A DNA stretch of 32,000 nt from Ktedonobacterales bacterium (GTDB lineage: Bacteria > Chloroflexota > Ktedonobacteria > Ktedonobacterales > JADMIN01). The notes beneath the pieces are model-generated. The model was not told the DNA's origin, searched no databases, and saw only the letters and a list, made by a program, of their open reading frames with translations. Positions within the stretch are counted from its first letter, which is position 1. Every line of letters starts with the position of its first letter. Location of the stretch: assembly GCA_030167145.1 (NCBI GenBank), contig CP126532.1:4740001-4772000 (forward strand). Reading direction: 5' to 3'. A program made the position numbers and the translations under genes. Of the stretch, positions 15,115 through 22,449 are shown piece by piece.

Positions 15115-16539
15115 ATGTTAAGCGGCAAGATCTTACAGGCCAGTGGCTGGCCGCAGGGCAAGGTGATTGGATTAGCGAAGATGGCGGGGCAGACGTTGGC
15201 AGACGCTGGCCTCGACCAGGAGGCGGTGCTGGCGCGGCTGGCGGCGATACGCGAGAAGCCAGGCGATTTTCTCGCCGATCCGCTGATGGCGGAGCTGGCG
15301 CGCGAGTGCATTCGCCGGGCAGCGGCGGAGGCGCTTCCGGTGGAGGATGCGCTGCGCGACACGCCGCTGGGCTATACGGTCTGGGGCGAAGAGCAGATCG
15401 AACGCGAGGCGAGCGAGCAGATGCGCAATGCGCTGCGGCTGCCGGTCGCGGCGGCGGGCGCGCTGATGCCCGACGCGCATGTGGGCTACGGGCTACCCAT
15501 CGGCGGAGTGCTGGCGACGCGCGAGGCGGTGATTCCGTTTGCGGTGGGCGTGGATATCGCCTGCCGCATGCGGCTCTCAGTGTATCTGGTGTCGCCGTAT
15601 GTGCTGGGCCAGCGCAAGAACCAGCTTCAGCGCGCGCTGCTGGATCAGACGCGCTTCGGGATGGGGGCGGCGTGGGAACGCTATGACCGCCCGCAGCATG
15701 AGGTGCTCGACGACTCGGCGTGGCAGTCCATCCGGCTACTGAAGTCGCTGCGGCCCAAGGCGGAGCAACAGCTTGGCACGTCTGGCACGGGCAACCACTT
15801 CGTGGAATGGGGTGTGTTCCGGCTGTATAGTGATGACGCGCAACTAAAGCTCAAGGCGGGCGAATACCTGGCGCTGCTCTCGCATAGCGGCTCGCGTGGG
15901 GTGGGATACAAGATCGCCAGCACGTATAGCGATGTGGCGCAGCGCATGCGTCCGCATCTCGATGCGTCGGTGCGGCATCTGGCGTGGTTGCCGCTGGCGA
16001 GCGAGGCGGGCCAGGAGTACTGGATGGCGATGGAGCTGGCGGGGCGCTTCGCCTCGGCGAATCACTACGTCATCCACCATCGAGTGGCGAAGGCGGCTGG
16101 ACTGGAGGAGGCTGCGGTGGTCGAAAATCACCACAATTTCGCCTGGCTCGAAACGCTGCCCGACGCAACGCAGGCGGTGGTGCATCGGAAGGGGGCGACG
16201 CCCGCTGGCCCTGGGGTGCTGGGCGTGATTCCCGGCTCGATGGGGGACGCGGGCTACGTGGTGCGCGGCAAGGGGCTGGCTTTATCGCTTAGCTCGGCGT
16301 CGCACGGCGCGGGGCGCAAGATGAGTCGCAAAGCCGCGCTGAGCCGCATTACCAAGACTGCGCGTGATGAGTATCTGCGCGAGCGGAACATCACGCTGCT
16401 CGGCGGCGGGCTGGACGAGTCGCCGCAGGCGTACAAAGACATCGAGTCGGTCATTGCCGCGCAGGATGAATTGGTGGAGGTGATCGGCAAGTTCACACCG
16501 CGCATCGTGCGCATGGCCGATGAGGCAGGTGAGTATTGA
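15115..16539 (+). CDS. rtcB: RtcB-family RNA 3'-phosphate ligase with N-terminal extension
   Basis: GAGGGA RBS. RtcB metal/GMP-site motifs are present: MPDAHVGYGLPIGGVLA, GTSGTGNHFVEWG, SHSGSRGVGYKIA, NHHNFAW, HRKGATPA, IPGSMGDAGYVV, SASHGAGRKMSR. The first ~60 aa or more have no counterpart in E. coli-type RtcB. Confidence 0.9.
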   Translation: MLSGKILQASGWPQGKVIGLAKMAGQTLADAGLDQEAVLARLAAIREKPGDFLADPLMAELARECIRRAAAEALPVEDALRDTPLGYTVWGEEQIEREASEQMRNALRLPVAAAGALMPDAHVGYGLPIGGVLATREAVIPFAVGVDIACRMRLSVYLVSPYVLGQRKNQLQRALLDQTRFGMGAAWERYDRPQHEVLDDSAWQSIRLLKSLRPKAEQQLGTSGTGNHFVEWGVFRLYSDDAQLKLKAGEYLALLSHSGSRGVGYKIASTYSDVAQRMRPHLDASVRHLAWLPLASEAGQEYWMAMELAGRFASANHYVIHHRVAKAAGLEEAAVVENHHNFAWLETLPDATQAVVHRKGATPAGPGVLGVIPGSMGDAGYVVRGKGLALSLSSASHGAGRKMSRKAALSRITKTARDEYLRERNITLLGGGLDESPQAYKDIESVIAAQDELVEVIGKFTPRIVRMADEAGEY

Positions 16540-16720
16540 TGTGAGTGGGCTGTGAGTGCTGCTTGCTCGCGGCCCACTATGTGTTTCTTGTAGCCGTGGG
16601 CTGATGCAGATTTGGGAGTGCGGTGTTTGATATAGCGTAACTGGAATGCACTATGCTTGCTCATTGCAATTCCTCTGTCGCAATACGCATCGCGTCATGA
16701 TACGCATTTCTATCTCAACA

Positions 16721-16750
16721 TTGACAGGCGCACCCGTTTTGTGCATACTA
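16721..16750 (+). promoter_or_regulatory. Sigma70-like promoter TTGACA-17-CATACT
   Basis: TTGACA (16721-16726), 17-nt spacer, CATACT (16744-16749), about 40 nt upstream of ATG 16791. It is preceded by a direct repeat ATACGCAT (16683-16690 and 16700-16707). Confidence 0.5.
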
Positions 16751-16790
16751 CACGCGGGTAATCGCTTGCATGCGGCGGCGAATCGGATTC

Positions 16791-17714
16791 ATGAAGTACT
16801 TCAGCACAGAGAGGGGCCACCCCGTGACGTTTTCTTTGCTGGCTGCTGACTTCGTGAAATATCTGGCCGAGCATCCTAACATACGCCCGACGAAAGCATT
16901 CGATGCCATGGCGGCGGAGGCGGAGAAACTGCCGTGGCCGTATACCTGGCCGAAGGGCAATGTGCTGATCTATCCAGAGTATCTGGTCTTTTTGACGACC
17001 CGCCACTATAAAACGGGCGTGATGGCCTTCGGTGAAGCGATGCTGGCCGGCATGCGCGAGCAATTCAAGTTGTATGAATGGGTTACCGACCCCACGTCCC
17101 TGATCACCGACCTTACGGGCAAGTTGATTGATAAGTATAAAGACCCCGCAGCGCTCTCCGCAGCCCTTGGCAACCCCAATTCGTTCTTTGTCCGGCTGGA
17201 CGAGGTGCGTGATGTGACCTCTGGTGGCGGCTATGCCAAAGGTGACTTCTTTAAGCCGCCATATATACGAATTGCCACTACCACGTCTTGCTTTATTTTG
17301 CACATGTCGGCGGATTTCTCGCCGTGGAATCTGGTGAACATCAAGCGCTCGCTCAGCACGATCACCTCGCATTGGGAGGATGAGGCGCTGGCGCAGCTAC
17401 AGCAGCGCGCGAAGCAGAATGCCGTTCCTTTGGGTTCAGCATCGCCCACGCGTGTGGCGCAGATTGCTGACGCTACTCTGCCTACACCCACTCCCGCCCC
17501 GTCGTCTGCCGCATTGCCCGCCCCGACCCCTGCCGCAAACGTTCCTATACCGCCGATGTCGGCTCCCGTGCGACATGCCCCACTGGCGTCATCCCAATCG
17601 CAAGGCTATGCATCATCGGCAATGCATGCAGACATCTGCCCACGTTGTGGCCAGCAAAATGTGCCGAATGTGACGTACTGCGCGCGATGCGGACAAATGC
17701 TGCGTCCGCAGTAA
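16791..17714 (+). CDS. Hypothetical protein: PH-like N-domain (tentative), Pro/Ala-rich linker, C-terminal zinc ribbon
   Basis: C-terminal CPRCGQQNVPNVTYCARCGQ (CxxC-n10-CxxC). The N-terminal strand pattern GNVLIYPEYLVFLT ... FFVRLDEVRDV ... YIRIATTTSCFILH resembles bacterial PH/GRAM-like folds, judged by eye only. The linker is PTPTPAPSSAALPAPTPAANVPIPP. Confidence 0.6.
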   Translation: MKYFSTERGHPVTFSLLAADFVKYLAEHPNIRPTKAFDAMAAEAEKLPWPYTWPKGNVLIYPEYLVFLTTRHYKTGVMAFGEAMLAGMREQFKLYEWVTDPTSLITDLTGKLIDKYKDPAALSAALGNPNSFFVRLDEVRDVTSGGGYAKGDFFKPPYIRIATTTSCFILHMSADFSPWNLVNIKRSLSTITSHWEDEALAQLQQRAKQNAVPLGSASPTRVAQIADATLPTPTPAPSSAALPAPTPAANVPIPPMSAPVRHAPLASSQSQGYASSAMHADICPRCGQQNVPNVTYCARCGQMLRPQ

Positions 17715-17796
17715 TCCCAACTGCGCCTCAGGGAATGCTATGCCTGTCCCAAGGTACAGATTTCTGATAGAAACCAATACGGGCCGTCACATCAGC

Positions 17797-17826
17797 TTGA
17801 CGGGCCATCGCAGCGACAGTTATACT
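17797..17826 (+). promoter_or_regulatory. Sigma70-like promoter TTGACG-18-TATACT
   Basis: TTGACG (17797-17802), 18-nt spacer, TATACT (17821-17826). It lies about 70 nt upstream of the small-ORF start. Confidence 0.55.
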
Positions 17827-17899
17827 CGGTGCAGTTGACAGCAGTGGCATACGTGCGTGCCGCATCGTGTTCGATAGCAGTACAGCGAGGAGAGGAACG

Positions 17900-18058
17900 A
17901 TGATGTGCAATATCTGCACCTGCACCTTCCGCGCTACCGCTGTGCTCATCACACGCGAGCGGTTCGCGGGGCTGGCCGTCGCGCCTATCGGCGCGGGTTT
18001 CACAGGCCGTAGTGTGCCCATTTCCAGAGAGAGGTTCAGCCTGGAAGACACCTATTGA
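17900..18058 (+). CDS. Small protein (52 aa) MMCNICTCTFRATAVLITRERFAGLAVAPIGAGFTGRSVPISRERFSLEDTY
   Basis: GAGGAGAGG (17887-17895) lies 4 nt before ATGATG. About 75% G/C at third codon positions. The internal repeat ITRERF / ISRERF is written with different Arg codons (cgc..cgg versus aga..agg). The ORF is flanked by its own promoter and a strong terminator. Confidence 0.5.
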   Translation: MMCNICTCTFRATAVLITRERFAGLAVAPIGAGFTGRSVPISRERFSLEDTY

Positions 18059-18084
18059 CAAGGTGAACTGAACCGGCATCTCAC

Positions 18085-18129
18085 GGACTCTGGGCCAGCG
18101 GCGAGTAACCTGGCCCGGAGTCCTTTTTT
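18085..18129 (+). terminator. Strong intrinsic terminator
   Basis: 14-bp stem GGACTCTGGGCCAG (18085-18098) / CTGGCCCGGAGTCC (18110-18123) with one G-U pair and an 11-nt loop, followed by TTTTTT (18124-18129). Confidence 0.85.
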
Positions 18130-18319
18130 GTTGTCCGCGTTGCCTGAATCAGGGGGCATGCACGGAATGGATATAGGACGAAAGAGCGAAAGAACCTCAT
18201 TAGAATCTTCGTTCCAAACCTGTCACGAGGTGTCAACAATCGCACGGCATACTTCCAGGGCATTGTGCGCGAGACGCGACGCGAGACGCGAACTGTGGGG
18301 CTGACGAGAGGAGACGACC

Positions 18320-19285
18320 TTGGCAATGCTGAAAGAAGACCTGCAACCATCGCTCGAACAGGAGGCACAAGAGCCACTTCGGCAGCGGTCCAGCCTGCTG
18401 ACCGAGGCAGAGCTGGCCGATCTGGATACGTATGATGCGCTGGTGATCGAACATGCTTCGAAGCGGTTCCTGAAGAGCGGCGGACGCAAGTGGTTCCGTC
18501 GCAGTAGCGAAAAGCAGCGCAAGCAGCGGGTTGTCCGCGCTGTGGATGATGTTTCGCTGACGATTCACCGGCGCGAGATTTTGGGCGTGCTTGGCTCTAA
18601 TGGGTCGGGCAAGTCTACGCTGATCCGGCTGATCTCGACGTTGCTGCTGCCGGATGTGGGCAGCGTGAAGGTCTTTGGCCACGATGTGGTGCGCGAAGAG
18701 CGCATGGTGCAGCGGCTGATCAATCGCGTAAGCGTGGAGGCGGCCTTCTTTCGCAAGCTTAGCCCGATGGAGAACCTGCTCTATTCGGCGCGGCTGTATG
18801 GCATCTCAGGAGCGGAGGCGCGCGAGCAGATTCGCGCGATCCTGATGCGGCTGGGTATCAAAGAAGATCGCATCGGCCAGCCGCTGGAAAATATGTCGCG
18901 CGGGATGCAACAGAAGGTGGCTATTGCCCGTGCGTTCTTGACAGCGCCGATCCTCTTGCTTCTGGACGAGCCAACTACCGGCCTGGACCCGCGTTCCAAG
19001 CAGGATGTGCAGGTGTTCGTGCGGCAGTTGCGCGATACGCACGACGCGACGATTTTGCTGACGACCCATGATATGGACGAGGCGGAGGCGTTGTGTGACC
19101 GCATCGCGATCATTGATGGCGGGCGCATCGTCGCCCAGGGTACGGCGGACGCGCTAAAGTGCCAGGTGGCCGAGAAGCTGGAACTTGACCGGACGGCCAC
19201 GCTTACCGAGGTTTTCATGGCCTACACCGGACGCGACTGGGAAGCCGAAGAAGCTGAAGATAGCGACGAAGAAGACGAGGAATGA
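18320..19285 (+). CDS. ABC transporter ATP-binding protein (ABC-2/DrrA-like) with N-terminal extension and acidic tail
   Basis: Walker A GSNGSGKST, Q-loop, signature MSRGMQQKV, Walker B LLLLDEPTTGLD, H-loop TTHDMDEA. The start is TTG 18320 or ATG 18326, after GAGAGGAGA. The C-terminus is DWEAEEAEDSDEEDEE. Confidence 0.9.
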   Translation: MAMLKEDLQPSLEQEAQEPLRQRSSLLTEAELADLDTYDALVIEHASKRFLKSGGRKWFRRSSEKQRKQRVVRAVDDVSLTIHRREILGVLGSNGSGKSTLIRLISTLLLPDVGSVKVFGHDVVREERMVQRLINRVSVEAAFFRKLSPMENLLYSARLYGISGAEAREQIRAILMRLGIKEDRIGQPLENMSRGMQQKVAIARAFLTAPILLLLDEPTTGLDPRSKQDVQVFVRQLRDTHDATILLTTHDMDEAEALCDRIAIIDGGRIVAQGTADALKCQVAEKLELDRTATLTEVFMAYTGRDWEAEEAEDSDEEDEE

Positions 19286-19334
19286 GCATGTTACCTCGTT
19301 CCGAACTGTACATAAAGATGAGGGGAGGGGAATC

Positions 19335-20201
19335 ATGATACAGGCGCGCAGCCTGAGCGATCTTCGCGGCGCCCTGCGCAGCATGGGGGCAGAGGCCAAC
19401 AAGGGCTATGCCTTCGTCGAGCGCGGCTGGTATTTCACCAAACGCTATTGGGCGTGGGAAGTCGTCTGGCTGATCTACAACGTGGTCAATGCGCTGGCGG
19501 TGACGTTCATCTCAACGGCCTTCCAGGGCACGATTCATCTGACGCAGGAGCAGCTCAATCACATCATTCTGTATCTGGCCATCGGCACCGCCATCTGGAG
19601 CTACGTGAGCGTGGTCTTCGACGGCGTGACGGAGACAGTGACGATTGAGCGCTGGGAAGGCACGATTGAGTACACCTTCATGGCTCCGGTCTCGCGGCTG
19701 GTGCATATGCTCGGTATCTGCGTCTTCTCGCTGTTGCACGGTTTCGTGCTGACGGCGCTGCAACTGATCGTGCTGGGAATGTTTTTTCACATTGACCTGA
19801 GTGGAGCGGACTGGAGCGCGGCCATTGTCATCCTGGCTATCGGGAGCGTGTCGCTGATCGGTCTGGGCATTGTTTCGGCGATTCTGCCGATGCTTTTCAC
19901 GGAGCGCGGCGCACAGATGGCCTACATCATCCGTGCGGTGCTGCTGCTGGTGTCGGGTGTGTATTATCCGATCTCGGTGCTGCCTGGCTGGATGCAGCAG
20001 ATCTCAAAGGTCTCGCCCGCGACCTATCTGCTGGATGGGCTACGTGGGAGCATCCAGAATGGCAAGGGGCTGGCCAGCCTCTGGAGTGACATCTGGCCGC
20101 TGTTGATCTGCGGAGCGATAAGTGTCCCGCTGGGACTTTTCATTTTCAACCGTGCCGAGCGCTATGCCAAGCGCACCGGCAAGCTGAAGCGCAACGGGTA
20201 A
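19335..20201 (+). CDS. ABC-2-type transporter permease
   Basis: GAGGGGAGGGG RBS before ATG 19335. About 6 hydrophobic helices with ABC-2 permease topology. It lies directly downstream of the ATPase gene. Confidence 0.85.
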   Translation: MIQARSLSDLRGALRSMGAEANKGYAFVERGWYFTKRYWAWEVVWLIYNVVNALAVTFISTAFQGTIHLTQEQLNHIILYLAIGTAIWSYVSVVFDGVTETVTIERWEGTIEYTFMAPVSRLVHMLGICVFSLLHGFVLTALQLIVLGMFFHIDLSGADWSAAIVILAIGSVSLIGLGIVSAILPMLFTERGAQMAYIIRAVLLLVSGVYYPISVLPGWMQQISKVSPATYLLDGLRGSIQNGKGLASLWSDIWPLLICGAISVPLGLFIFNRAERYAKRTGKLKRNG

Positions 20202-20256
20202 AGCTCGCGTGTCGTGGCGGCTTGGCTGGTGAGGCGAACGGAAAGACGAGGCTCGT

Positions 20257-20766
20257 GTGTCTATTCACTTGTATCCGGTCAATTCTGAGCTGGACTACCC
20301 ACGTCTGGCCGAGCTGCTGCGTACCGCGAACGATGAGCCGACTGTCTCGTGCCGGCTGCAATCCTGGCGAGTAGCAGAGCGAGAGCCGCGACTGCGCTGG
20401 CATGTCGTCGCAGTGGAAGGCGGCGGGCGCATTGCTGGCTTCGCCGAGGTGGAGCGTGACGCTGACGCATCTTCTGGCGCGTTCTGGATTGATCTCGTCG
20501 TGGATCCGGAGCGGCGGCGCCAGGGGATCGGCGCGATGCTCTACGATGACGTGGTTGCTTTCGCCTGGGAGCAAGGTGCGCGCTGCATCGGCATCGAGGT
20601 GCGTGACGATGCGCTCGAAGCTTTGCGTTTCGTCAAGCAGCGCGGGTTCTGTGTTGAGCGGCACATCCGTGTATGTGCGTCGGCAAGCGGTCCATTCGAG
20701 GATTACTACGCCACCACGGCCACTGCGGTCGCGACGGGCGTGTATGTTCTGGTGAAGAATCTGTAA
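20257..20766 (+). CDS. GNAT-family N-acetyltransferase (single domain)
   Basis: GTG start. The acetyl-CoA motif region LVVDPERRRQGIGAMLYDDVVAFAWEQGARCIGIEV..FVKQRGFCVERH is paralogous to the N-terminal half of the next gene. Confidence 0.7.
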   Translation: MSIHLYPVNSELDYPRLAELLRTANDEPTVSCRLQSWRVAEREPRLRWHVVAVEGGGRIAGFAEVERDADASSGAFWIDLVVDPERRRQGIGAMLYDDVVAFAWEQGARCIGIEVRDDALEALRFVKQRGFCVERHIRVCASASGPFEDYYATTATAVATGVYVLVKNL

Positions 20767-20889
20767 CTTCATCCCCTTATCAACCTCTTCCTGGCGGCAA
20801 TCACACATTACGCCAGGAAGAGGGCCTACATTCACGGAGGCGTCCGCGTGGAGGCGACCGTGAAGCAAACAAGACAACGAGGCTATCAC

Positions 20890-21837
20890 ATGCCCTATAC
20901 TCTTCGCACAATGACCGAGGCTGATGATGCGCGAAGGGCAGCATTATTGAACATTGGCGAGCCAGAACCGATCACCGTGGAGACCATCCGCGACTGGAGG
21001 CGCAGCGAATCGCCTGAGCGCATTGTGCTGCGGCTGGGTGCGGTCAATGACATGGCGGGGATCGCGGCCTATGGGCACGCGCTCCGCGATTCCTGGAATG
21101 CGACAGGTGTGTTCTGGCTCTATATCGTTGTGGATCCGGCGGAGCGACGCCAGCATGCGGCTACCCAACTCTTCGATGCCTTGAGCGCCTTCGCCCGCGA
21201 CCACGGCGCGACACGCTATTACGCTGAGGTGCGCGATAACGTGCTTGAAGGATTGTTGTTCGCCGAACACTGCGGCTTTCGTGTCGAGCGGCACATTTTC
21301 GAGTCTACGCTTGACCTGGCTACCTTCGATGAAACGCGCTTCGCGGGGGCCATCGAGGCGACCGAAGCAAGTGGCATTCGCTTCTTCACGCTGGCAGACC
21401 TGGACGATACCGAAGAGGCTCAGCGCAAGCTCTGCGAGATCAATGAACGACTGGGTCGGGATGTGCCTGGCAGCGACAGTTCGCCGCGCCCATTCGAGGC
21501 GTTCCAGAAGCAGGTGTGTCAGGCCGCGTGGTATCGCCCAGATGGGCAGATCATTGCCGCCGACGGCGACCGCTGGATTGGCATGACTGCGGTGGGCTAC
21601 TTCGAGTCGCCTCAGCCGATGATGTGGACGATGTTCACCGGCGTGGAGCGCGAGTATCGTGGCCGAGGCATTGCGCTGGCGCTGAAGCTGCTGGCGGTTC
21701 GTTGCGCGCGCCGCTATGGCGCTGCACACATGCGCACGAACAACGATTCAGAGAATGCGCCAATGCTGGCCGTCAATGGCAAACTCGGCTATCAGCCACA
21801 GCCTGGCTTTTACAAGGTTGTGCGCAATCTTGGATAA
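20890..21837 (+). CDS. Two-domain GNAT-family N-acetyltransferase
   Basis: ACGAGG lies 7 nt before ATG 20890. First GNAT core IVVDPAERRQHAATQLFDALSAFARDHGATRYYAEV..AEHCGFRVERH. Second core TGVEREYRGRGIALALKLLAVRCARRYGAAHMRTNNDSENAPMLAVNGKLGYQ. Confidence 0.8.
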   Translation: MPYTLRTMTEADDARRAALLNIGEPEPITVETIRDWRRSESPERIVLRLGAVNDMAGIAAYGHALRDSWNATGVFWLYIVVDPAERRQHAATQLFDALSAFARDHGATRYYAEVRDNVLEGLLFAEHCGFRVERHIFESTLDLATFDETRFAGAIEATEASGIRFFTLADLDDTEEAQRKLCEINERLGRDVPGSDSSPRPFEAFQKQVCQAAWYRPDGQIIAADGDRWIGMTAVGYFESPQPMMWTMFTGVEREYRGRGIALALKLLAVRCARRYGAAHMRTNNDSENAPMLAVNGKLGYQPQPGFYKVVRNLG

Positions 21838-21857
21838 ACAAGCATACTAGATAGTGA

Positions 21858-21908
21858 CTGGCATCGTCTTCCCTCTGAGCGTGAATGACGATGCCAGCGT
21901 TTGTGTTT
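21858..21908 (+). terminator. Hairpin terminator after the GNAT genes
   Basis: 11-bp perfect stem CTGGCATCGTC (21858-21868) / GACGATGCCAG (21887-21897), followed by the T-rich tract CGTTTGTGTTT. Confidence 0.5.
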
Positions 21909-22449
21909 CCCATCAACTCTATTTCGACCCGAGATCTTGTCTTTTCGTCACTTGCCTCTGCCTATGCGGAATTGCTTGGCAGGTGCGATGCGTTCTTGCG
22001 CATATATTCGCAATACGTTCGGCTGGCCAAAATGCTGAGGCGCTTGCCAACACGATGGGTCATGAGGTTAGCTTTAATGGTGAGGCTGTGATGTGGTGTA
22101 GGGTGGTAGTGTGGGAAACGGCAGTGCGTATCGCGATGTTTTTCGCAGTGCTGTTAGCATGCCATGAAGCTCGATGATGCTAACACACGTGCGCTATTGT
22201 CAGCCAGATGGCTGGGCAATGATCCGCTCGCACTGAGTAGAGGGTTGGTCACTTGCGCATCCATCCCATGTAATCCCATGTATTTGTGAAGGCTGAACGC
22301 CATTTACTGTACGTCACGTGCTCTTGTGTATTCTGGCTGAGTTTGCTATCGTGCGCCCAATGTGTCTGCACCACTTACCGAAGTTTGGCAAACGCGCTGT
22401 TCCGCCATAGGTGCGCGCGTTGCGGATATTTCTACGAAGGAGGTGGCTG

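Noticed and set aside
16710-17372. 220-aa minus-strand ORF
   Set aside because: It is antisense to the PH-like/zinc-ribbon gene. That gene has a consensus promoter and a coherent domain layout, whereas the minus-frame product is R/G/H-rich with no motif.
17728-18079. Minus-strand ORFs of 107 and 95 aa opposite the small peptide gene
   Set aside because: They have no RBS or promoter. They run through the plus-strand promoter and into the terminator hairpin region. The plus-strand unit has a complete promoter/RBS/terminator architecture and protein-level repeat conservation.
20146-21729. Minus-strand ORFs 20146-20889 (247 aa) and 20944-21729 (261 aa)
   Set aside because: Both are antisense to the two GNAT genes, whose acetyl-CoA-binding motifs are clear.
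21854-22177. 107-aa plus-strand ORF in the long intergenic region
   Set aside because: It starts with GTG inside the GNAT terminator hairpin, has no RBS, and gives a Cys/Val/Phe-rich translation without features. It is treated as non-coding.
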